In this document: piece after piece, positions 1 through 13,401 of the stretch
Layout: the number at the start of each line of letters is the position of its first letter
Numbering within the stretch: the stretch's first letter is position 1
From: Chrysomallon squamiferum
Taxonomy: Eukaryota > Animalia > Mollusca
Reading direction: 5' to 3'
Assembly (NCBI GenBank): GCA_012295275.1
Contig: CM022670.1
Location: forward strand, 16,306,001 to 16,370,000
Length of the DNA stretch: 64,000 nt
The notes under the pieces: model-generated
Seen by the model: the letters and a program-made list of their open reading frames with translations, nothing else
Databases searched by the model: none
What the model was told of the DNA's origin: nothing
Position numbers and translations under genes: made by a program

Positions 1-1859
1 CACTGTTCTTTCCGCAGCCGTTTGCGTGGGGACATCACTACATGATTTAAACTCATTCGAGGACACTACAGCTCTGTTATGTGCATACAGTGACTTTCCT
101 CCGTGATGGTTTGTTAAGTAGATAAGATCATTTCTTTTATCGTTCCTACCATGCATTAAACACCGCGAAGTCTGAATTTCTGGAAGAATATTATTTTCAG
201 TTTTCATTAAATTCGCGCGAGCAACCTGATCGATGACATCATCAGAATTTGTAGACTTGAGATTTTCTTCCACTTCCATATTTCTGTAAATTAAAAAGAT
301 CAGTACAGTTACTTTTTATAGATTATTTTTCGCAATAATTCTTGAAATATTTAACTTATTATGCTAGGTAATAGTTAATACTTTATATAAAACGAAGAGA
401 TACATAGAGAGCTGCAGTTCTGCATCCAAGATAGAGTTCTAAAATGTTTATAATTTTGAAACGGCAGAAAATACGAGTAAGTATATATTCGTGTAAAATG
501 ATAATGTTTTGGTTTTTTCTATTTAATTCAATGTTTGTGATATATACTCTGGCTAATAAATTCTTCATCGCATAAAAATAAATGGAAAAAGAGATAAAAA
601 TAAAATAATAATAAAATAGGATTGAGGAACGAAATTAGAAAAACGGCTGATTTATTAAAATAAATGGATAGTAGTAAAAATTAGATATGTAAAAATTAAA
701 ATTGCAATAATAAAGCAGAGTTAAATTACCAATGTTTGATAATTAAATGGTAGTCCCACATATCTTTTTTATTCTGTGTGCCTTAAAACATTACATAATG
801 ATTTTGTTTCTTTACAGCTTTGGAATATTGTAACCGGATCATAACCTTGTTTATATTTTAGCAGTGTAATTAATATAATCACAACATAAGTAATGTTGAT
901 CTAACAACGTCTTTAGAGTAGTTGGCGTAATTTTGAGAAATTATGTTTTATCTATAGATAATTTTTCAGAAATAACAAAAACTAAGATGATCAGTTTGTA
1001 GTGCCTTATTTTGCTTATCTGCACATAAGATTATTTAGAAAAATATTATTTTGTGGGCATTATTTATTTTTGAAATCAAGCATTCTTTACATAGCTATTA
1101 CATAATATTTTTGCGTTAACAATTTTTTTCATGCATTAATCAAGCCAAATAATTGTCTCTGAGATTACGTTACTGGTGACAGAATCTATAGCAATTTATC
1201 ATGTTAAATTTAGCTTTTCTAATAAAGTCAAAGCATTAAAATATTTTGATTTATCAAAGATCATAATAAATGTCTCTGTATTCGGAGAAAAAAAAAAAAA
1301 AAAGAAAATTCATAATGCTACATCTTTTATCATTATAGAGATTGTTTAATATAACCTTCCTTTATAATATTTGTAATCTAGTACATGGAATAAAATAAAA
1401 TAAAATAAAATACAAATTATGCCTCAAGACAATATTAACTATAAAGCCGCTGATATAATTTATTCAAAATATCTATCAGTTATAATTAAATAAATTAAAG
1501 TTCATTTGTAATAAAAGTACACCTCCGTTGGTACACCCCAAAAAAAACCCCACAGAAAACCCACAAAACAACCACATACAAAAAAAAAAAAAAAAAAAAA
1601 AAAAACAACTAAATAACTTTAAAAACTTATTATGATGCATTGATTAAGTAGAATTTATATACATAACACAATGAAAATACAAAATTCGTCAAAAGATATT
1701 GTACATGCATAAACATTATTTCATCTAACGTCTTTAGTGTAATGTAAACGAAACTAATGAAATTCAGAAAGGCATTGTACAAAATTATACTAATATTAAA
1801 ATCAATTATATTACTGCCACCATTACTACTGCTGCTACTGCTGCTATTACTACTTTTAC

Positions 1860-1909
<50 letters not shown>

Positions 1910-2875
1910 GATTTACCTTCAAAACTAGTTAGAATGCGGACTGTATGATGCTGTTGCCTTGCTGTCTGTATTTTCCATTACGCAATATTACGGCTTGAAT
2001 GCCGTTATAAATCAACAACCTGAAAACACACTCAGTGCTACTAGACTCGTATGTAAATTTTTTGTGTCTAGGTGGGTAAAAAAAAAAAAAAATTCTTATG
2101 TGTCAGACACATATTTTCTTAAGACGTATTTATTACCTACGAATCACACAATAGTATACGATTTAGTATATAATGTTTGTTAAGCACTTTCACAGATCTG
2201 TTTATTTATAACTGTATTCTACAACAGTTAATATGTCTATCTTTGAAAAGATATATTAGGATTATGTGCATATGTACATGTTAGTGAATCGTAGCCATAG
2301 GTACATGCATATTATATTCACTAAAGATAATCAGATATAGATAAATGGACAGCAAGATTCACAATGAATGTTTCTGTAACTAGATATTTTTATCATTAGA
2401 TATGTTTTTATTTATTTATTTATTTATTTCAAATAATAATATTGTAATACTGATTAAATATATTTTATAATTACTGACCTAAGTCACTATAACTTTCAGT
2501 AAGTCGAAAAAAAAAAAAAAAAAATAATAATGATAATTTAAAAAAAAAAAAAAAAAAGTAAATAAATAAAAAGATCATACTGACTGATGTGTAACATAAT
2601 GACCAAGTCCACCCTCCTCTCTGTAACATGTTTTAAGGCACACGGTTGTGTGTTTGAAAACACGCGTTACGGTGTTTATAACTTCATTTAGTTTGCCTGG
2701 TGTCAACTGCAAACAATAATGCTATGACGTCATATAGTCACCACCTGACTTCTAATTAAAGTTTATAATTACATTAACACCTGAAGTCTGAAAAAAGGTA
2801 ATTCCATTCTTCTTTATTTTGTTTACATTTTTATTGTTTTTGGTTTTTCGAATAATCATTTCCTCATTATTTTAC

Positions 2876-2983
2876 AAATCGATTTATTATAATGTTAATT
2901 AATATGTTATTTAAATAAAAAAAGAAACTGATAATCTCCATAATTGAATTGACATTTCTTTTTATTTTAAGCTACATTATGCG

Positions 2984-3025
<42 letters not shown>

Positions 3026-3200
3026 TTTGTTGCCTAAATATTATATAAAATTTCGAACCTTTAAAAAATATATGGCTTAATTTAGAAATCGATTTATTAT
3101 ATTGCATTAATTAATATGTTGTTATTAAAATAACAAAACAAGCTGACAGTCTCCCATAAACAAATTTCCATTTCCTTTGAGGCTAAGGCTACATTATGCA
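2876..3200. repeat. Diverged direct duplication of about 105 bp
   Basis: AAATCGATTTATTATA...TCTCC..AGCTACATTATGC at about 2876-2982 and about 3086-3199. Confidence 0.75.
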
Positions 3201-4553
3201 GCCGAGAAATATTATCATTAATTGTTTGTTTTTAGCTTAAAAAAAAAAAAAAAAATTAAAAAAAATTAAAAAAAATTAAAAAATTAAAATTAATAAAATA
3301 AAATAAAATAACAATAATATCGAACAGAAGTAAATATCTTTAAATAGCTTAATATCCATATTATAACATTGTTACACAATGTGTATCACCTGCGACTGAA
3401 ACATACAAAACCAAACAAGAGAAACCGTTAAAAACGTCATAATGCACCAAAAGTTTTCAGAGATAGAATTATAATTAATAATATACTTGTAATTATTAAA
3501 TACATAAGTAAATAAATAATTTCAGGTTTTATCATGTAACCTGGAACGTGAAATTTGTGGTCGCTTTGTAAAGCCTTGTTTATAGCGACATCTAGATATG
3601 GTGCATTCTGAGGAAAGCTTTACAGGTAAGAAACATTTCTCATGAATCATAACTCAGGTACCAGACATTTATCTAGTTCCGGCAAATATCCTATTTTTTA
3701 AAAACTTTTTAATTTTTTAGGACGTACGCATGTCACATCAGTTGACTAAGTTTCAATAATACAGCTGCTGTGAATGTTTGCCTCTCTCTACATTTTTTTT
3801 TTTTTTTTTTTGGTGATTATTTATCCCAGTTTACTTAAGTTTTATTTAACACTATTATAAAACGCCAGCAGTAAGTTAACTTGCTAGTGGAAAACCAATT
3901 AGGAAACATTATTTGTCCAGTATATCCAAGAAAACAGTTACCAGAGAATAAGAAGATAAGAAAATCCATTCACCCGAGCCGCCCCTTGTGCAAAGCTTGC
4001 TGAATAAATGGTCTGGTACATGTAATACTTTACTGTTGTTATTATGAAACGAACTGGATTATATGTTCAGTTAATCTCTAGATTAGTAATCTTTGCCACG
4101 AGAAAATGTATAATCTTGATACCGTAACTGTATGTGAATATATAATTCCAATAACATATTTATTATTGTAAGAAACGCCGAGAAACCATTTTACTGACAT
4201 ATTGATATGCAGTTAAGTAATTGATAATGGAGAATGGGCCGAAAGAATGTTTAATGTTGGAAGATATGATATATATATAAAAAAAAAAAAAAAAAAAAAA
4301 AATAAAATAATAATAATAATAAAAAAAATCGAAATGTATTTGTATTATATTGAACTTATAAAGACATTTGAAACATGCTTATAATGCAGGAATTATAGAG
4401 CATTCATATAATTCCTTAATTAGTTCTCATTAGCAAATCTATACCATCATTCGATCTCAGTACATACCAGACATATGGTTGCGTCATCGGGACTTTTATT
4501 TCACTTACAGCAATTTTGATGCATGTATAAAATTAATGAAAACGTTCATTGCA

Positions 4554-4602
<49 letters not shown>

Positions 4603-4813
4603 TGGCAATGGCCTGACGTTACCACGCCTACTTCCTTGAGATACGTCTCCAGGATACGGCTCATTTTATACGACTGAATATCGAATCGGTTTCGACTTCG
4701 TTCATTGTTTATTGTTTACTTCAGGGATAGATCAACGTGCTTATTGAACCGGTTACTATAGCTGTCAACACGGCTTTCGTCACGTGACTGAAGTATCGTT
4801 TCTACACATAAAT

Positions 4814-5358
4814 ATGGCTGATCGCAAGGTAAGATTAGCTGTATTACTTAACATAAACCGTAACAAGCCAGATAAGTTGGTTATATATGTAAAATAATTC
4901 AAGCGTCAATATTGCTTGCACGAAGTAGAAAGAAGAAGAAGAAGATGTTATGTAGAATACTTCTACTGGTTTTTTGGTTGCTAATGTAAACAAAAATAAT
5001 AAGACATCATCACAGACATGCCTGTCAGTAAAGTAATATTATCGTTAATGCTTCTATATCTTTTAAAACATTAAAGTGTTCTGTTATCTTAAATAACAGT
5101 TTAGATTGTCGTTTGATACCAGTTCAAGTGAATTATCGGCTTAACGCATAGCCAACCGTAAAACGACTATTGCAGATATGGTATACGCTTAATTTGCTTA
5201 TATACAGTAACAAAAAAAAAAAAAAAAAAAAAAATAATAATAATAAAAAAATAAAATAAAATAAAATAAAATAAATAAAAAGAACTAATGTAATGACATT
5301 GCAATTTATATTATATTTTGGTATTCTTCATCCAACAATAAACAAAAAAAAAAAACAA

Positions 5359-5421
<63 letters not shown>

Positions 5422-7477
5422 CTTCACTATCCGAATTAAATGTATTGCAAAAATAATTCTTCAAAGAAGAATACATATTTAAAATATTAAACTAGTTTAT
5501 AATCAAATTCAGCTCAATTAATTAAATATATTTTTTAAACACTAATTTTATAGTGGTTAGAACAAAATTTAATTTAATTTGTTTGTTTACTTTGCTGATT
5601 ATTTATTTAAAAAAACATCAGGTCTCTGGTTGCAATTAAATTCCCCGCGACTTCATATATCGTTCAGGCTTTGTTCAAATAGGTAGAACCTAACTAATTA
5701 CTTAGACCAAAATAGTTATTAAAGCGCCAGTTATGAAGGTCATGGCTAAATATATCTGAGTAATGTGTAATAAATCTATTTCCGCTATGTGTTTAATAGT
5801 TATTAAACGTTAAGAAAACTGTGTTACGTAATTAAATATCTTACTAATGAAAAATTTAATTATTACATACACTACGAAAGGCTGTCTCTGATTTAAAAAA
5901 AGTAGTGATACCTAACACTGGTTGATTATATAATTTTCTTTATAAATAAATGAATAAATAAAAAATAATAATAATAAAAATAAATATCGGTGTAAAAATA
6001 AAATAAAATAAAACAAAACAAAATAAATGAATAAATAAATAAAACAGAGAAGTGATCCATTATGCGCGCGCACTTTCGAACTGCATTCGTTACATTTGTA
6101 AATAGTAGGTTATTCATTAGAGTTTTACTGTCAGTTGTTTCACAGAATTTTGTCGTTATAAATTAGATAATTTAATAAAGAAATCATCAAATAACAACAA
6201 CAACAACAACAACACCAATGACATTTATTTATTGCAAATCATTTAGAGAAATTGTTTAAAATTCAAGATTTTCTTCTTTCATATGTGTGCGTGTGTATGT
6301 TGTACGCACATACGTAAAAATAGGTATATTATTTAACTTTATAATTTCAGCCAACTATAGTTGAAGCCGCTGAGTTTGATCCCGAAAGAGCGGCCTATAA
6401 GCTGCGAAAAGCCATGAAAGGATTAGGTGAGAATATCATTTTCAAACGCTGTCAGTTGGTATGACATGCCCTGGTGTAAAATAAATCACAGTAAATTATA
6501 ATTTCGATACCAGATAAAAAAATTTGAAAAATGTTCAGTGATAATTTAACAGATAGTTAAAAGTAATGTGTTAGTTTTTGGATCTTGACATTAAGTTGTG
6601 CTTGTATTCTTTAGCGTTTTTTGTTATTTCTTTGTCATGATAATTAAGAAAAAAAAAAAAAAATAAAAAAAAAAAAAAAAAAATTAACCATTATTACACA
6701 CTGATAAACAGTTTTGACACAAGGCAATGAATTAAAAACCAGAACCAAAGAAATGAACAAATAGAAAACGAGAAAACGTTCGAAAAATAACGTTTTATGT
6801 ATGTTTGTATGCACGTGTCTATACACAGTTTATAAATTGTTAAGAATTTTTTTTAAAAATCGTTGCAGGCACGGATGAACAGATAATAATTTCAGTTCTC
6901 TGTGAGCACAACAACGCTCAAAGACAAACTATCAAGGAACAATACAAGACAGATTATGGAAGGGTAAACGGCATTTTGTTACCATATTTGTTTCTATGAC
7001 GGCATGATCGTTCTATTAACTTTGTAATTTATTTAATGTCAAAGCAAGATGATGTTATTTTGTTATAATTAAAACAGCAAACATTAAAAATGTTACTTCA
7101 ATTTATTAAATAATTTAACAATAGTAGATATTAATATAAAAGGTTCACTGCTTTGTATTCATTTTACTCGTCTAACAACAGAAATACAGATAATTGCAAA
7201 GGGTGCATCTGGAGTTTTGAGGGCAAAAATAAACTTGTCATCGTCTATCCAAAAATATATAAAATATAAAAATTAGGTTAATGATAATCATTACAAAATG
7301 CAGGATGTACCAGAAGATCTGCAGTCTGAACTTGGCGGTCATTTTCTGACTCTGTGTTTGTATCTGATGATGCCAGCTAGATACTTTGACGCATTCTGTC
7401 TGAAGAAAGCAATGAAGGTCAGGCACTTTCCAGATACTACATTTTAAAGTTTGAAAATTGCTATGTATTAGGAAAGA

Positions 7478-7513
<36 letters not shown>

Positions 7514-10242
7514 TTGTTGTTGTTACTTGTTTATTATTATTATTTTTTTTTTGTTATTTGTTTATTATTATTATTATTATTATTATTGTTATTTTTATAC
7601 AAAAAATTTAAGGTTCAAAATATAATTTTAGATATGTTGTTAATTTTTGTTTATTATTACTATTGTTGTTATTATTATTATTATTATTTTTTTTATTATA
7701 CAAAAATTTTAAAGGTTCAAAATACAATTTTAGATATATTGTTAATTTTTGTTTGCTAAATCTTGTGATTTATATACCTCCTATTTATAAGACCTTCAAA
7801 TTGACAGGGTTCGGGGACAAAAGAATCTACATTGATAGAAATATTGGTTTCAAGAACTAATGAACAGATCATGGAAATTAAGGAAGTCTATAAAAATGGT
7901 AAAATGTTATTTTTATTCAAAGCATCACATAATGTATACACAGTAACTAGTTATTTGCTTCAGAAAGTTATTATTGTCACATATATTATTATCACAAATG
8001 ATTTGACACAAAATGCAATTCTTAAATTCAGTTTCAGTTAAATTTAAGTATGTATATATATTTATGAATGTAGTTATGTATATTCATGTCTTGATGTATT
8101 TGTGAATATATGTATGTGTGTAAGAATATATGAATGTATGAATATATGTGTAAATAAATGTGTGTGTGTGTGTGTGTGTGTGTAAATATAATATGTATAT
8201 ATGCATGTGTGTATGTAAGTATGTATGTTTGCTTGTATGTATGTTTGATTTTTTTTTCAAAGAACTGTACAATCAAGAACTGGAAGATGATATCGTATCA
8301 GAAACATCAGGTGACTTTAGACATATTTTGATTTCTCTGCTGATGGCAAATAGGGATGAGAACTCAGATGTTGATGAGGAACTAGTGAAAAAAGACATTG
8401 AAGATTTGTATGAGGTGAACATTTCTGTAATAGTGATTTTATCCAGTTTACAATAAAATGGTAAAGGTAATTATAAACATGATAATAATAGTGATAATAA
8501 TAATTCTGTAGCAGATAAAATGATAAAAGTAATTTTATATGAGATAATAATGAGATGGTAATAGTAATTTTATATCTGATAGTAACAAACTGTCAATAGT
8601 AATTTTAAACCTTATAATAAATAAACGGTGATGGAAATTTTATCTGACATAATAATGAGATAGTAATAGTAATTTTAGATGAGATAATAATAATGGTAAT
8701 AGTAATATTTTTTATGAGGTAATAATGAGATGGTAACAATGATTTTATACCTGATAATAATAAATTGATAATAGTAATTTTATACCTCATGATAATAACC
8801 GCTAATAGTAACGGTATATCTGAAGATTAACTAAAAAGCAAATCTGTGTTTGGCAGGCAGGTGTTGGCACTATACTCGGAACAGATGAGGATGTCTTTAA
8901 CAAAATATTTGTTACACGCAGTCTGCCCCATCTCCAGAAAGTGTTTTCAGGATACTGCAAGTATGACACTCAGGACATTGAGGAGGCTATTAATGAAGAG
9001 ATGAGTGGGAATGTTCAGGAAGCTTTTCTTTCTGTTGGTTAGAATCTCTTACATTTATCAATATCTTTAAGTTTCTAGTCATTTTAAATGTTTATAAATT
9101 AATTCTTGTTCGTTATGTAAATATAAAACCTAGACAAAGAAGAAGAAAAAAATAAGATTATAAGTTAGGGTAATTTAATAAAAATATCTAACCCAATAGT
9201 TTTTCCCCCCAACTCTATATTCTATCAGACCATTGATATATTGTAATTTATGGTTACAGCTCGTTTTGTGAAAGATCCAATGAAATATTTTGCAAAGTGT
9301 TTTGAAGACAGTTTTGCTGGTCTTGGTACAGATGATGAAAGACTCATGCAGTTGGCAGTGTCTCACTCAGAGGTTGGTAAATGATTTTTTTTTTTTCTTC
9401 AGTTTCTAAGTATCTTTTCTTTCCTGCTTACTTTTTTCATAACAATAATAAGTCAGTTCTACATTACAGCAGTTTTTAACTTTTTCAGTTCTTTCCGTGC
9501 ATTAATTTCATCAGTAACATTCATAGTGAATTTTGGTCTTTATGCTATGTGGAACAAAGATTTAAAAAAATTTGATATTCCTGCCTCTAAAGTAGCGAGA
9601 TGGATTAAAAGTAATGAATGGATGATAAAAATAGTCCAGTAGTTTTTGTTTTACTGGCAGATATCTTCAGAGTAATATTTTTAATAAGCAAGAATATACT
9701 ACAAGAATTTAATTGTTTTATTAATATTTCATGTATTTTTTGAAAACTTCGATAAGAGAAGTTATCCACAGTGCATCGACATACTTTCTGCTAGTGATTC
9801 TGTAATCTACAGAAAGAGTAATGTTCAGATTTTAAATTTTATTATATAATAAATTAGAAAATAGTTGCTCCAAAAGGTAGTTATATTACATTTCAAGTGT
9901 ATCATAATCAAATATTGACTTTCTTCTCATTTGAAGCTAAAGTAAATTCAGCTGATTTTAAAAGTTGCTCCAGAAGTGGCAAATAAGTCATTTTCTAAAT
10001 TTTTAAAGTAGTCCAATTTGCTACACTAACCAAATCTGGCAACTATATTGTCGTCAAGTGAAAAACTGACAGAAATTCTTACTCATTAACCAAAATTAAT
10101 TTTTTAGGTTGATCTGAAGACCATAGCTGAAGTTTATGAAGCAGAATATAACAGGAGTTTAAACACTGCAATCAAGGATGAGACATCAGGAGATTATAGA
10201 AAATTACTCTTAAGAATTCTAGACCCTACAACAAAATATTAA
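4814..10242 (+). CDS. Annexin (four-repeat core, very short N-terminus), 9 coding exons
   Basis: Exons 4814-4828, 6351-6426, 6869-6963, 7304-7417, 7808-7898, 8263-8414, 8857-9037, 9260-9372, 10108-10242 join in frame through GT-AG introns. They give MADRKPTIVEAAEFDPERAAYKLRKAMKGLGTDEQ..., MKGSGTKESTLIEILVSRTNEQ, SETSGDFR, GTDEDVF, GLGTDDERL and KDETSGDYRKLLLRIL: the endonexin GxGT and SGD/SGN motifs of four annexin repeats. AATAAA at about 10497. Subfamily not assignable. Confidence 0.95.
7480..7755. repeat. (TTA)n runs plus a duplicated 57-bp unit in annexin intron 4
   Basis: TATACAAAAAWTTTAA(A)GGTTCAAAATAYAATTTTAGATATRTTGTTAATTTTTGTTT at about 7596 and about 7697. Confidence 0.85.
8500..8825. 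repeat. Degenerate minisatellite, about 36-40 bp unit, in annexin intron 6
   Basis: Recurring GATAATAATGAGATRGTAATAGTAATTTTATAYCT-like unit, about 8 copies. Confidence 0.8.
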
Positions 10243-10966
10243 ATACACATTTCCTCTGCCAAAAGGTATGAACGGTTGTTATAAAGAACATCTGCAGACA
10301 CTGCATATCAAACTCCTGCCTCAGGCTCTGTGAGATTATTTGTCATCAATATAATCTGTATCTGCAATAGAAAACACCTGCATTTTGTATTCTCATTATT
10401 TATCCACATTCATAGTGAAATATGTAACCAAACACTTCATTTTATTCCTTGAAAACTTTCTCATTTTATTTCAGCAAAAAACACACTCTTCCTGCAAATA
10501 AATATTATTAAAGACGTGTGATATTATTTGTTATTTAACAGTAGAGAAAATGTATCTACAATCAAAGGTACATTTACAGTAGTACACTTTTTTTTTCAAC
10601 CTTTGTTAATAATAAATTAGGACATTTAACGAGCATGAACAAAGCATGGAATTTCACATTGCCCAATTTCTTATGCATTTGCAATTATACATCAAACACA
10701 TAGGTGAAATAATAGAATGTTCAAGGTAGATCACATTTTACACTTTTTTGTGAGAAATGTGATGTATTTAATTTAATGACATGTTGACATCATGAACATG
10801 TCTCCATTTTCAAAACAAAGCACAAGGGTTCATTCATAGTGAAAAATAACCCATTTTGATTTTTTTTAAAATTAAATAGGAACAAACAATTTTTAACATT
10901 TTGTCTTTTTAATATTTTTATTTCAAACTAATGATGTGAAACAGTATTATACCTCTTCAATACTTG

Positions 10967-12500
10967 TTAAATATTTTGCTCCAATAAATATGTTTTTAAG
11001 GCTTCCATTGCCTTTCTTCTATGTGAAATAGAATTTTTGTCATGTTTTTCCATTTCTGCAAATGTCTTCTGAAAACTTTTTGGCTGAAAACAAGGATCCC
11101 AACCAAATGTGCTTGGACCCCTAGGTTCTACAATACAACCATAACAACGCCCATCAAACAATTTAACAGTGTCTCCTGATGAATATGCAAGCAAACACTG
11201 AGCATATGCTGTTTTATCTTCAAACCCAATAAGCATCTTGTGAAGACCTGCAATAAAAAATAATAAAAAAATTATCTGTTTCCTGATTTTAGGAGAAATG
11301 TCCAACAAATAAAGCTTAAATCATTATTAATTGAACTGAAACATAAGAAAAACGTTTAGTGCTAGACTGATGACTCCAGAGAGTATCTCTCTGTATTTTG
11401 TCTATGAGTTTATGTATTTTTGTGTACGTGTATTTGTCAAATATAAAACAAAAGCTACTTGTAACACCAATATTATCACTATATTACAAACCTGATGGCC
11501 CTACTGCTTCAAGAAACCATTTTATGTAAGGTCCAGGCATTCCACCAAGAGCACTAAAACAAAGACTTGTATCCTCGACTATTACTGGCCCTTTTATGAT
11601 ATCAGCAGCTACTTTACATTTAGCTTTAACAATTTCCTCTGGAGATCCCTGGTATTCCGGTAAATCAACATCCTTAGATATTACCTGAGCAAACAGAAAA
11701 CACCAGCCATATTCACTGCAACAATTAATTTTGTTTAAAATAATTTCAATATATTTTTGTTTTCAAATGATAGTACCAATAACAAAATGCACCCAACAAA
11801 TATAGATACTGCACTGAATTTGGTGTTTGGGATACATACTAGCATTCTTGAAATCATTTCACACTTTTACATTTTCTTTGACATTAATCAGAAAAAGCAA
11901 GAAACCTTTTTCTTCTTTCATAATTTAGGGAAATAATTAAAAAAAACATTTCAAGCACTTGCTTATAATATGTAAACATTATATTTTAAAAAGCCAATTA
12001 TAATGTCACTGGACATTTTGGCATCATCATAAATCATTAAATAGAGATATGTGAAATTCATCTAACTTAATGCTTTCTCTACAGGAAAATCAATCCATTG
12101 TTAATTTCCTGAAATGGGAATTATATATTTTTTGAGAATATATTTCCACACTGAAAATTTTTAATATTTTCTAAACAGCTTTGATATTTGTTCAAATCTC
12201 TGGTTGACATGACACTGGCTGAGATCTATTAAAGGTTCATTCTATCATTCAGTTCAGCATAGACAAAAAATCTAAATAACATCAAGGTTGTAAATAGTTC
12301 GTCAACCATATAGCTGGTGAAATGGTACCTCTTCATAACATTATATTTACAACATAATTAGGTGTAAGTCTGAAATTGCAAAAGTATTGTTGTTATAAAT
12401 AGCTAATTAATACCTTGTTCTGGAACTCTGGGCCTAGCATTTGAACAAATTCCTTAAGTTTATTTGCATTTCCTGTCACCAGAACAATAGGCTTGGACAT
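10967..12500 (-). CDS. ITPA: Inosine triphosphate pyrophosphatase (HAM1 family), 3 coding exons
   Basis: Exons 12500-12414, 11684-11492, 11247-10967 give [64 protein letters not shown], the ITPase signature motifs. A non-coding 5' exon probably ends at the GTGAGT donor at about 13121. Confidence 0.96.
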
Positions 12501-13368
12501 TTTTCTTAATATTCTGAAAATAAAAAAAGGATTCATAGTCTAAACTGGATTATATGTAAATGTATTAAGAAATAATAGTTCACCAGTGTTGTATAATTAT
12601 CTCAGTAAGTGCCTATTTTTGTTTTAACTTATTTCAAATAAATTTATAAAATTAAAATGTTCAGCCAATATACAAGAAAAAATTAAGTTTTTGCGGTTTC
12701 AGACACTGCCACAGATGCTAAATGTATCTGCATTTACAAAATAACAGTTTTTTTCTTTCCTTTCTTTTGCTTTTTAAAACCCTGTTAAATCATCATGGTT
12801 GTGGGTTTTTTGTATGGCGAATACAAATAATTAAAATAAAAGTATTTGTTGCAGTTTTTATTACATATATTATTTATAATTTTGTTACAGTTTATATATA
12901 AGAAAATAAAGCTGTCTTAGTAACTAATGGGACGATACGACAATTTTATTATTTAGTAATAAAAATAGGTCACAGTCAAGGTAACGATAGCGTCAGATGC
13001 AAATTCCCCGTTTTCAAGTCAGTGTCACTAAGGGATGTACACGGACTATCAATATTTTAAAATATATAAACTCAATACCGAATAAATATTGACCAAGTTC
13101 GGACAGTGCAAACCTACTCACGAATTTACTTTTTGTAATGACAATCTGTGATGATGCAGTGAGAACCGGTCAACGATGAACTGGCACTAACTTCACGTGT
13201 TCAGCTCGTACTTTCTCATCTTCTGCTTTCGTTTCATTGAGTAGTGATGGATTACAATTACCCGTCCCATGCATTCTTTAGCTTACCTGTATGTTTTAAA
13301 AACATTTTATATGTTAAATATATTCAAAAATATAATATAAATATAATAAAAAATAAAAAAATAAATAA

Positions 13369-13401
<33 letters not shown>

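Noticed and set aside
1757-1948. Poly-Leu ORF and similar poly-Ile/Asn/Tyr/CV/HT ORFs (7514, 8034, 13244, 20989, 41398, 57372 etc.)
   Set aside because: Translations of microsatellites with no splice or homology support.
1630-2200. Possible interspersed repeat remnant interrupted by a (TTA)n run
   Set aside because: Resemblance is from recall only; no second copy or termini in the window.
3598-3631. ATG plus strong CAG|GTAAGA donor upstream of annexin (MVHSEESFT)
   Set aside because: Phase 1 does not fit phase-0 annexin exon 2. It could be a non-coding or unrelated exon but is unsupported.
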